DNA of 64,000 nt from Candidatus Omnitrophota bacterium (GTDB lineage Bacteria > Omnitrophota > Gorgyraeia > Ghiorseimicrobiales > Ghiorseimicrobiaceae). The translations under genes were made by a program, and so were the position numbers. Shown here one piece after another: positions 9,026 through 17,414 of the stretch. Under the pieces are notes generated by a model. It was not told where the DNA came from, searched no databases, and saw only the letters and a program-made list of their open reading frames with translations. The stretch lies in contig JAUXSB010000037.1 in NCBI GenBank assembly GCA_030681595.1, positions 319 through 64,318 of the forward strand, given 5' to 3'. Position 1 is the stretch's first letter. The number at the start of each line of letters is the position of its first letter.

Positions 9026-10735
9026 ATGAAAGTGCTCGGCATAGGTTCGCCATTTGGGCATGATGCATCGAGTGCTTTGCTTATTGATGGTAAGGTAATA
9101 GCTGCGGCAGAAGAGGAACGTTTTACCCGCAATAAGCACGCTGTGGGGGAAGCGCCGCTTAACGCGATTAAGTTTTGCCTTAAGGCTGCCGGTATAAAAC
9201 CAGCCGATATAGACATTGTCGCTTATCCATGGTCTTATCAGGCGTTGTTGGATAAACGCGCAGAATATTTTTGGCGCACAATCTTCACCAAACCTTCGCG
9301 CGCATATAAAAAATTCTTTAAGTGTAAAAAGGAGTTATTCGGCCAGCAAAAATTCGTTCATGAGATATTGGAGAAATCAGGTTTTGGTACGTTTAGGGCA
9401 AAGGTTGCCTGGGTAGAGCATCATTTAGCCCATGCGGCATCCAGTTTTTATTTATCCGGTATTAGCGAGGCGGCAGTTTTGTCTATTGACGGAGGCGGTG
9501 AAATAACGGCAACGCTCTTGGGGCATGCCAAAGATAATAAAATAAAAAAGGTTAAGGAAATCGTTGCCCCTGATTCTTTAGGTAATTTTTATTCCACAAT
9601 GACCGATTATCTGGGGTTTGAACGGGAAGACGGCGAATATAAAGTAATGGGCATGGCTCCGTACGGCGACGCCTCAAAAATAAACTTTGACCATATTATC
9701 TACTGGAAAAATGCCACATATCATTGCAACGATAATTATGTTTGGGTGACAAGAAATAACCGCGCGCGCCTGGATAAAGTCTACTCTAAAAAAATGGTCA
9801 AAGAATTCGGACCGGAAAGATCCGGTGACGGTTTAAGCGAGCCGTATATACATATTGCCGCTATTACGCAAAAAAAACTAGAGGATATGACTTTAAAATT
9901 AGTTGATACATATTTATCCGATATATTAAAAAAATGCGGAAACCTGGTTTTTTCAGGAGGGTGTGCTTTAAATGTAACCCTAAACAGAAAGCTCATTGAG
10001 CATCCTTTGGTAAAATTTCTCTGGGTTCAGCCTGCGTCCCATGACGCCGGAACTTCTTTGGGGGCGGCAGTTTACGCGGCGGCCGAAGCCGGCGAGAATA
10101 TTAAGCCGATGAAACATGTATACCTAGGCCCGGAGTTTAGCAATATAGAAATTGAAGAAGCGCTAAAAAATAGCGGATTTTATTACAAGAAGGAAACGGA
10201 TATAATCGATACGGTAAGTGAATTGATAAAGAATGGCAATATCGTTGGCTGGTTTCAGGGAAAAATGGAATGGGGCCCGCGCGCTTTGGGCAATAGGAGT
10301 ATTTTAGGCAACCCTACCATAAGAGGCACTGCCCAGAGAATAAATGAGATTATAAAATTCCGCGAGAACTGGCGGCCGTTTTGCCCGTCAATCTTGAAAG
10401 AATTTGCCGGTGATATATTCGGCAGCCGGCATCCCGCTGAATTTATGACTTTTTCTTTTAAGGTTACGGATAAATGGCGCAATAGAATCCCGGAAGTGGT
10501 GCATGTTGATGGAACGTTACGCCCGCAGACAGTAGACAAAGAGGTAAATCCCCTATATTATAAATTAATCAGCCGTTTTAATGATAAGGCAGGGATACCC
10601 GTTTTGATTAATACTTCGCTGAATAGAAGAGGGGAACCCATGATTTGTTCGCCAAAAGACGCGATGCTTATGTTCAAAGAGAGCGGGCTAGAATATTTAG
10701 CGATAGGGGATTATCTGGTAAAGAAGAAAGGTTGA
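9026..10735 (+). CDS. Carbamoyltransferase, NodU/CmcH family (second paralogue)
   Basis: 569 aa. GHDASSALLIDGKVIAAAEEERFTRNKH N-terminus. About 40% identity by eye with 5830..7686. Confidence 0.9.
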   Translation: MKVLGIGSPFGHDASSALLIDGKVIAAAEEERFTRNKHAVGEAPLNAIKFCLKAAGIKPADIDIVAYPWSYQALLDKRAEYFWRTIFTKPSRAYKKFFKCKKELFGQQKFVHEILEKSGFGTFRAKVAWVEHHLAHAASSFYLSGISEAAVLSIDGGGEITATLLGHAKDNKIKKVKEIVAPDSLGNFYSTMTDYLGFEREDGEYKVMGMAPYGDASKINFDHIIYWKNATYHCNDNYVWVTRNNRARLDKVYSKKMVKEFGPERSGDGLSEPYIHIAAITQKKLEDMTLKLVDTYLSDILKKCGNLVFSGGCALNVTLNRKLIEHPLVKFLWVQPASHDAGTSLGAAVYAAAEAGENIKPMKHVYLGPEFSNIEIEEALKNSGFYYKKETDIIDTVSELIKNGNIVGWFQGKMEWGPRALGNRSILGNPTIRGTAQRINEIIKFRENWRPFCPSILKEFAGDIFGSRHPAEFMTFSFKVTDKWRNRIPEVVHVDGTLRPQTVDKEVNPLYYKLISRFNDKAGIPVLINTSLNRRGEPMICSPKDAMLMFKESGLEYLAIGDYLVKKKG

Positions 10736-10740
10736 TCGAG

Positions 10741-11514
10741 ATGAATAAAATAGCTGTTTCGGTGGTAGTGCTTACTAAAAATGAAGAAGCAAATGTAGCA
10801 GAGTGCCTATCTAGCGTTAAAGGATGGGCGGATGAGATAATTGTAGTAGATGATTTTAGCTCCGATAAGACGATGGAGTTTGCGCAGAAATACGCGGATA
10901 AGGTTTTAGTTAATAAAATGAAAGTTGAGGGGACGCACCGTAATTGGGCATATTCGCAGGCAAGGAATGAATGGGTTTTAAGCCTTGATGCTGATGAACA
11001 GGTTACTGCGGAGCTGCAGCTTGAAATAAATAAAATTTTAGCGAATACCGATTGCGTATGTTTTTCAATTCCTCTGCGCAATTATATCGGCAATTATTGG
11101 GTGCGTTATGGAGGATGGTATCCTGCCGGAAAGGTACGCCTTTTTAAAAAAAGTAAATTTAAATATGAAGAAGTGGAAGTGCATCCACGCGTATTTACCG
11201 AAGGTAAATGCGGCCACTTAAAAAGCGACATAATTCATAAGGGTTATCCGGATTTTGAGCATTTCCTAGCTAGCGTTAACCGTCAGACGACTCTCGAAGC
11301 AAGAAAATGGATAAACACAAACCGAAAGATGTCGTTGTTTAAGGCGTCATGGCGCACGATCGACAGGTTTTTCCGCACTTTTATCGGCAAAAAAGGGTAT
11401 AAAGACGGCTTAGTTGGTTTTATGGTAGCGCTATTTGCTTCGTTGTACCAAATATTAAGTTATGCAAAGTATAGGCAGATGTCAAATGAGGCCACAAATA
11501 AGATACAAAATTAG
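10741..11514 (+). CDS. GT2-family glycosyltransferase, KdtX/WaaE-like (second paralogue)
   Basis: MNKIAVSVVVLTKNEE...IIVVDDFSSDKT...DADE. Start at ATG 10741, not the track start 10645. Confidence 0.8.
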   Translation: MNKIAVSVVVLTKNEEANVAECLSSVKGWADEIIVVDDFSSDKTMEFAQKYADKVLVNKMKVEGTHRNWAYSQARNEWVLSLDADEQVTAELQLEINKILANTDCVCFSIPLRNYIGNYWVRYGGWYPAGKVRLFKKSKFKYEEVEVHPRVFTEGKCGHLKSDIIHKGYPDFEHFLASVNRQTTLEARKWINTNRKMSLFKASWRTIDRFFRTFIGKKGYKDGLVGFMVALFASLYQILSYAKYRQMSNEATNKIQN

Positions 11515-11516
11515 TG

Positions 11517-11598
11517 CTGGGTTTAATTCGCGCTAATAACTTATGTCGCGCATTGCGCCCCATAAGTTATGTGCTCATTAAAGAAAGGGGTTAAAGAA
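11517..11598 (+). promoter_or_regulatory. Conserved leader element (second copy): CTGGGTTTAATTCGCGC, hairpin ATAACTTATG/CATAAGTTAT, GTGCTCATTAAAG and the RBS
   Basis: Stem 11536-11545 pairs with 11561-11570. Relative to the copy at 2757 the stem carries a compensatory cg to tg/ca change. Confidence 0.5.
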
Positions 11599-12636
11599 AT
11601 GAAGGTTTTGGTTACCGGTGGAGCGGGTTTGGTGGGGTCTCATTGTGCGGAATATTTCGCAAAGAAAAACTATCAGGTTACGATTCTGGATAATCTTCTG
11701 CGTTCTAAGATTTTTGGCAGCGATATTGAAACTGTCGAATATAATTGGAAATACCTGAGTAGATATAAAAATATAAAAAGAATCAAAGGTGACATCAGGA
11801 ACGAGAAAGATGTTTTAAAAGCAATCGGCAGCGGAGTAGACGCGGTGATACATACCGCAGGCCAACCAGGGGTTCCTTCCAGTGTTAGGGATCCAAAAGA
11901 TGATTTTAGCATAAATGCCTTTGGGACGTTAAACGTTTTGGAATGTTTAAGGCAGAAATCAAAAAAGGCCGCCTTTGTTTATTGTTCTACCAATAAAGTA
12001 TATGGCGAGAATGTAGATAAGATTCCTTTAAAGGAACTCAAAAAAAGATATACCTATAGTGGTGTTGAAGGCGTTGATGAATCAATGCTTACTGATTTGA
12101 CAGGCCATACTCCTTATGGGGTGAGTAAACTTGTGGGAGATCTATATACGCAGGAATATGCCCATATTTACGGAATGCGCACCTGCGTATTCCGTATGTC
12201 TTGTATCTACGGGATAAGGCAGTTTGGTTTTGAGGACCAAGGGTGGGTTGCTTGGTTTATAATTGCCGCTTTATTAAATAAGCCGATCGTGATTTATGGC
12301 GACGGAAAGCAAGTAAGGGATTTGCTTTATGCCGAGGATTTAGTAAGAGCGTATGAGGCTTTTATAGATAGCAGCCTAAAATCAGGGCTATTTAATATCG
12401 GCGGCGGGGCGGAAAATACGACTTCGCTTCTTGAATTCTTAGATAAAATATATGGGATTTTGGGTAAAAAGCCTAAATACAGTTTTAAAGACTGGCGGCC
12501 TTCCGATCAAAAGGTTTATATTACGAATACGGCGAAAGTTAAGAAAGTTTTAAACTGGTATCCTCGGGTAAACGTAGAAGAAGGCATTACCAGATTATGC
12601 GCTTGGGTAAAAGATAATCAAAAAATGTTTAAATAA
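11599..12636 (+). CDS. NAD-dependent epimerase/dehydratase (SDR family, nucleotide-sugar epimerase)
   Basis: VLVTGGAGLVGSH Rossmann motif and YGVSKLVGD YxxxK motif. Start at ATG 11599 with RBS aaagggg. Confidence 0.85.
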   Translation: MKVLVTGGAGLVGSHCAEYFAKKNYQVTILDNLLRSKIFGSDIETVEYNWKYLSRYKNIKRIKGDIRNEKDVLKAIGSGVDAVIHTAGQPGVPSSVRDPKDDFSINAFGTLNVLECLRQKSKKAAFVYCSTNKVYGENVDKIPLKELKKRYTYSGVEGVDESMLTDLTGHTPYGVSKLVGDLYTQEYAHIYGMRTCVFRMSCIYGIRQFGFEDQGWVAWFIIAALLNKPIVIYGDGKQVRDLLYAEDLVRAYEAFIDSSLKSGLFNIGGGAENTTSLLEFLDKIYGILGKKPKYSFKDWRPSDQKVYITNTAKVKKVLNWYPRVNVEEGITRLCAWVKDNQKMFK

Positions 12637-12643
12637 TTTTAAG

Positions 12644-13732
12644 ATGAACTGCGATATAATTATACCGGTTTTTAATGAGCTGGGAATAACTAAGAACTGT
12701 ATTGACAGTGTGTTAAAAAATACAGATGCTTCTTACCGTTTGATTATTATTGATAACGCCAGCAATCCGGATACGTCAGCGTATTTGGCTAGTTTAAAGG
12801 ATGCGGCGCCTGACTTTTTGCTGATTAGGAATGAACAAAACTTAGGTTATGTTAAGGCGGTAAATCAGGGGATTAAGCAAGGCCGCGCAGATTTTGTTTG
12901 TTTGCTTAATAATGATACGATAGTTGCTGACGGCTGGCTTAGCGAAATGATTGAGATAGCAGATGACAATGTGGATGTCGGTATTGTTAACCCTTCCAGT
13001 AATACACTGGCTCAATCATTGCCGAAGGGGCAAACTGTAGAGTCCTACTCCAGAAGTTTAAAATCGTTTAAAGGGAAATGGGGTGAATTGGGGCAGTGTT
13101 CCGGTTTTTGTATGTTGATTAAACGGGAGGTTATAGAAAAGATCGGCCTACTTGATGAAAGCTATGAAGTGGGCTATTTTGAAGAAGCGGATTATTGCCG
13201 CAGGGCGCAAAAAGCGGGCTATAGGTTTGCCCGGGCAAAGGCTGCCTACGTATACCATATTGAGCGCTATACGTTTGACAAGAGGGCGGACAGAGAAGAA
13301 TTATTTGCGAAAAACAGAAAACTATTTGAAAGCCGGTGGGGTGAGTCGTTGCGCATCGCTATTATTATATCTAAGCCGCCGAAAGACCGCATAGATAAAG
13401 ATGAAATTGAGCAGATTATTTTAACTTCCGCGAGCGAGAACCACAGGGTTTATGTTCTTATAGAGAAAAATTTAATCGCGAAATTTAATATCGCCGAACA
13501 TTCCAATATCCTTATTTTTGGATTTAACGGTATATTCTTTCCTCTTATTTGTCTTTTTAAGATTGTGGCCAAAAAAGCGCCTAAAAGATTTAACATAATT
13601 CTAGCGGATGACATAGTTTTATTTTATATCCTGAAAATATCTGTTTTTGTCCATAAAGCAAAGCTGTTATTTAACCCCCACCTTGAGCGAGCCATTGAAT
13701 TGTCAAAGAAACAGGCATTTCAAGGGCAATAG
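12644..13732 (+). CDS. GT2-family glycosyltransferase (paralogue of 4731..5825) with a C-terminal extension
   Basis: DIIIPVFN, IIIDNASNPD and NNDTIVADGW motifs. Confidence 0.8.
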   Translation: MNCDIIIPVFNELGITKNCIDSVLKNTDASYRLIIIDNASNPDTSAYLASLKDAAPDFLLIRNEQNLGYVKAVNQGIKQGRADFVCLLNNDTIVADGWLSEMIEIADDNVDVGIVNPSSNTLAQSLPKGQTVESYSRSLKSFKGKWGELGQCSGFCMLIKREVIEKIGLLDESYEVGYFEEADYCRRAQKAGYRFARAKAAYVYHIERYTFDKRADREELFAKNRKLFESRWGESLRIAIIISKPPKDRIDKDEIEQIILTSASENHRVYVLIEKNLIAKFNIAEHSNILIFGFNGIFFPLICLFKIVAKKAPKRFNIILADDIVLFYILKISVFVHKAKLLFNPHLERAIELSKKQAFQGQ

Positions 13733-13740
13733 GCCTTTAG

Positions 13741-14313
13741 ATGAAAGTTATATTTTTAGATAGGGACGGCGTAATAAATAAATACCCGGGCGATGGAAAA
13801 TATGTTACCAGCTTATCTGGATTTCGTTTCCTGTCTAATGTCAAGAAGGCGATTTCTAAGCTTACAAAAGCCGGATGCAGAATTTTTGTTATTTCCAATC
13901 AGGCGGGGGTGTCAAAAGGGCTGTACTCGGCAAAAGACCTTTCCGGCATTACGGAATATATGCTTAAGAAGCTAGAGGCTTCCGGAGGTAAAATTAATGG
14001 TGTGTATTATTGCATGCATCAGGAACGGCATAATTGTTTATGCCGCAAGCCCAAGGCAGGTTTAATATATAAGGCATTAAAAGAGAGTTGTCTTAAAAAA
14101 GAAGTTTTAGGGGATGCATTTTTTGTAGGCGATACCATAAGAGATGTTATGTCCGCGCAAGTCGCAGGCATAAAATCAATCCTTGTCTTTTCAGGAAAAG
14201 AGAAGGCAGGCAATGGAAGTAGCTGGCAGGTTAAACCGGATTACACTGCCAGAGATTTGTTCTCCGCGGTAGAAATAATTTTAAGCCGTAGCAAGAAACG
14301 AAAGATTGGTTAA
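13741..14313 (+). CDS. gmhB: D-glycero-D-manno-heptose 1,7-bisphosphate phosphatase (HAD-IIIA family)
   Basis: FLDRDGVIN HAD motif I, 190 aa, in an LPS-heptose context. Confidence 0.75.
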   Translation: MKVIFLDRDGVINKYPGDGKYVTSLSGFRFLSNVKKAISKLTKAGCRIFVISNQAGVSKGLYSAKDLSGITEYMLKKLEASGGKINGVYYCMHQERHNCLCRKPKAGLIYKALKESCLKKEVLGDAFFVGDTIRDVMSAQVAGIKSILVFSGKEKAGNGSSWQVKPDYTARDLFSAVEIILSRSKKRKIG

Positions 14314-14317
14314 AACA

Positions 14318-15397
14318 ATGAAAATCCTAATAGTTTACGCTACAGCCGGAGCAGGGCACAGGAAGGCATCCGAGGCAATATATAAAGAGGCAAAAAAAAG
14401 GGGCTTGGATGTAGCGATAGTCGATATCTTGGATTTTACTCATCCCGCGGTTAAATATCTTTATTCCGAAGGCTATCTTTTTTTGATTAAGCGCGCCCCA
14501 TTTATCTGGAGAATACTTTTCTCTGTTACGGATAAGTTAAGGAATAATATCTTTAGCCGGATAGCTTATTTGCTTAATAAACATAGTTATGCCAAATACC
14601 TCGATTTTTTAGAAAAGGAAAAGGTTGATTTGGTTATTTCCACCCATTTTATGAGCTCGGAGATAACCGGTTACGTAAAGCAAAAATTAAATATCAGGCT
14701 GGTTAGCGTGGTAACGGATTTCTGCCTGCATAGTATGTGGTTTAATGCTTTCGTAGATAAGTATTGTGTCGCCTCAGATAGTGTCAGGGAAAGGCTGGTT
14801 TTTCTTGGCGCGCCTGGCGAAAGAATCGAATTTACCGGTATTCCTATAGACGCGGCTTTCTCGCAGAATTACGAGAGAAAAGAAATGGCGGAAAAATTAG
14901 GTGTGAGCCCGGATTTATTTACCCTTCTCGTTATGACTGGCGAAGTCGGGATAGGCCCGATTGCGGAGATTATCGATTCATTAAAAGAAGACGTTCAGTT
15001 ATTGGTTGTCTGCGGCAAGAATAAGCAATTGCTTGAAGAGTTGAAAAAAATAGGGCACCGTAACTTAAAAATATTCGGATTAGTAAATAATGTATATGAA
15101 TTGATGAGCGTTTCAGATTTAGTGGTTACTAAGCCAGGCGGATTGACCATCTCCGAGGCTTTATCGAAGACCCTGCCGATGATATTTTTTTCTATTATCC
15201 CCGGGCAGGAAACCGGCAATGCCAGAATTATACAAGAATACGGTGCTGGCATAATCGCCCAAGATGTGGATAGCATAAAAAAGGCAGTCCTTGAATTAAA
15301 AAAATCTCCGGAAAAACTCGCAGAATATAAGGTTAACGCCAGCCGGATTTCCCATCCTGATGCAGCCGCAAGAATATTGGACATATCTTTAAAATAA
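14318..15397 (+). CDS. GT28/MGDG-synthase-family glycosyltransferase (UgtP/MurG-like)
   Basis: ILIVYATAGAGHRKASEAI N-terminal motif of the MGDG-synthase family. Start at ATG 14318. Confidence 0.65.
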   Translation: MKILIVYATAGAGHRKASEAIYKEAKKRGLDVAIVDILDFTHPAVKYLYSEGYLFLIKRAPFIWRILFSVTDKLRNNIFSRIAYLLNKHSYAKYLDFLEKEKVDLVISTHFMSSEITGYVKQKLNIRLVSVVTDFCLHSMWFNAFVDKYCVASDSVRERLVFLGAPGERIEFTGIPIDAAFSQNYERKEMAEKLGVSPDLFTLLVMTGEVGIGPIAEIIDSLKEDVQLLVVCGKNKQLLEELKKIGHRNLKIFGLVNNVYELMSVSDLVVTKPGGLTISEALSKTLPMIFFSIIPGQETGNARIIQEYGAGIIAQDVDSIKKAVLELKKSPEKLAEYKVNASRISHPDAAARILDISLK

Positions 15398-17307
15398 TGA
15401 TTGCTAAGGTAGTTTTCCCTCTCCCTATAGATATCTCTCTTGATTATCGCGTACCCAAGGATTTAGAAAAAGATATCGTTAAATGGTCGCGGATTAAAGC
15501 TCCTTTCAGAAATTCACAGTTGCTTGGCTATGTAACGGGATTTTCAAAAACTTCCCACATAAAAGAGCTCAAAAGCATAATATCGCTATTGGACAGGCAG
15601 CCGATTTTAGGCGAAGATTTTGTTCAATTGGCCGGCTATGTCGCAGAGAATTATTTTTGTTCGCTTGGAGAGGCGTTAGATTTAATGCTGCCCAAGCTTA
15701 TAAGGCAAGGAAGAAAATTAGAATCAGTATCCCTGAATACTTCAGGACAGGCAAGTATCACGTATCCCCGAATGCTTCGGGACAGGCAAGTATCAAGTAA
15801 AAAAGAAAAAGGCGAAGTTTTATTATTGCGTGATACCGTTAATAGGAGATGGCAGGTTTTTGAAGAAAAGATAAAGGCTGCGATAAACGAAGGCAGGGGG
15901 ATTATTATTTTAAATCCAGAAATAAATTCATGCCTTGCGGCGAAACAATGGATAGAGGAAAAAGCAAAAAAAGAAGCTCTGCTTGTGCACAGTAGCAACT
16001 CCGGAAAACAGGAGCTGGAAAATTGGGTTAGGGTAAAAAACGGCGATATTAATATTGTTGTTGGTACGTCGATGGCCGTCTTTGCTCCGGTTGCAAACTT
16101 GGGCTTAATCATTATTGACGAAGAAGACAATCCGGTCTATAAACAGGAGCAATCTCCTTTTTACAACGCTAAAGACATCGCGCGATTTAGGGCCGAACAG
16201 AGTAAGGCGGATTTGATTTTAGCCAGCCCTGCCCCTTCGCTTGAGTCTTATTATTCGGTAGAAAAGCGCGGGTTTAAATTAATCGAGCCTGACCCCAAAG
16301 AAAAGGCCGGTATTTTTGTACAGATTGTAGATTTATCCGAAGAGCGCTATAAACAAAAACGAGGGAATATTATTCTATCGAATATTTTGGAGCGTAATAT
16401 AAGCGAAGCGATAAATAATAAGAAAAAAATAATGCTTTTTCTGAACCGTGTAGGCTTTTCTACTTATGCCAAGTGCGCGGGTTGCGGTTTTATTATTAAA
16501 TGCGGCCGATGCAGCAAAAACCTTATATTTGCATACGCCAGAAATGAGTTGATCTGCAGGTCTTGCAACTTTAAATCGGCTGTTCCCGAGATCTGCCCGC
16601 AGTGTAACCTATCCTATATCAAGTACTTAGGGTTAGGTACGGAAAAACTGGAGAGTGAAGCCCATAGGTTATTCCCTTCCGCGCGTATATTGAGGTATGA
16701 CCGTTTAAAGCACGATATAAACCTGGATAAGGAGCAGTTTGATGTGCTTATTACAACCCAAATCATATTAAAGGATTTAGATAAGTTAAAGAACATTGAT
16801 TTACTGGGTGTTGTTTCTTTGGATTCGTCTTTAAATAGGCTGGATTTTAGGGCTGCGGAAAAGACATTCCAAGTTATGTCGCGGCTTCTTTATATTGTTA
16901 AAGAAAAAGCCATAATCCAGACAGCCATGCCGGAACATTATTTAATCAAGCCGCTGATGCGTAATGATTATGCTTTATTCTATAAAGAAGAACTAAACCA
17001 AAGAAAGGAATTGCGTTTTCCGCCTTTTTCTTTTTTGCTTCTAGTAACCTTACGGGGAAGGCTTCAGGAAAAAGTAGGGCTAGCCTCCGAAGATTTATTC
17101 AATTATTTAAAGGATAAGAATAAAGATAAAAAACTCGAAATATATAATCCGGCATTGGCATTTCCGTTAAAATTGCGCGATAATTTCAGGTATAATATTT
17201 TATTAAAAAGCCGGTCCAAGAAAACACTCATCCAGTTCGCTAATAAATATGTAAAAAATTTTAAAAAATCAGGTATAATTATTACTGTGGACATGGACCC
17301 ATTATAG
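15397..17307 (+). CDS. priA: Primosomal protein N' (PriA) homologue with degenerate ATPase motifs
   Basis: PriA-type N-terminal 3'-DNA-binding region, a conserved PEI block and a Cys4 zinc-binding region (CAGCG...CGRC...CRSC...CPQC). Walker A is VNRRW instead of GSGKT, Walker B is DEED instead of DEEH, and motif VI is SRLLY instead of GRAGR. Confidence 0.7.
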   Translation: MIAKVVFPLPIDISLDYRVPKDLEKDIVKWSRIKAPFRNSQLLGYVTGFSKTSHIKELKSIISLLDRQPILGEDFVQLAGYVAENYFCSLGEALDLMLPKLIRQGRKLESVSLNTSGQASITYPRMLRDRQVSSKKEKGEVLLLRDTVNRRWQVFEEKIKAAINEGRGIIILNPEINSCLAAKQWIEEKAKKEALLVHSSNSGKQELENWVRVKNGDINIVVGTSMAVFAPVANLGLIIIDEEDNPVYKQEQSPFYNAKDIARFRAEQSKADLILASPAPSLESYYSVEKRGFKLIEPDPKEKAGIFVQIVDLSEERYKQKRGNIILSNILERNISEAINNKKKIMLFLNRVGFSTYAKCAGCGFIIKCGRCSKNLIFAYARNELICRSCNFKSAVPEICPQCNLSYIKYLGLGTEKLESEAHRLFPSARILRYDRLKHDINLDKEQFDVLITTQIILKDLDKLKNIDLLGVVSLDSSLNRLDFRAAEKTFQVMSRLLYIVKEKAIIQTAMPEHYLIKPLMRNDYALFYKEELNQRKELRFPPFSFLLLVTLRGRLQEKVGLASEDLFNYLKDKNKDKKLEIYNPALAFPLKLRDNFRYNILLKSRSKKTLIQFANKYVKNFKKSGIIITVDMDPL

Positions 17308-17414
17308 AAACACAGATAAGTGCAGATGAAAAGCTGTGGATGATCGCAGATAGAATCTGTGTAATCTGTATCTTGAAATCTGTGTAATCAGTGAATGAGG
17401 GGCGATAGCGACGA

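Noticed and set aside
10674-11081. The roughly 40 minus-strand ORFs in the track, for example 10674..11081 (135 aa), 25690..26247 (185 aa) and 15651..16130 (159 aa)
   Set aside because: Every one lies entirely inside a well-supported + strand gene. None has an RBS or recognisable motifs. They are low-complexity shadow frames.
13152-13394. Alternative-frame + strand ORFs inside genes (13152..13394, 5116..5301, 37486..37683, 37759..38007, 28419..28619, 46922..47110, 58639..58872, 59681..59923)
   Set aside because: They are embedded in the frames of well-supported genes, and their products are Arg/Lys-rich and low-complexity.
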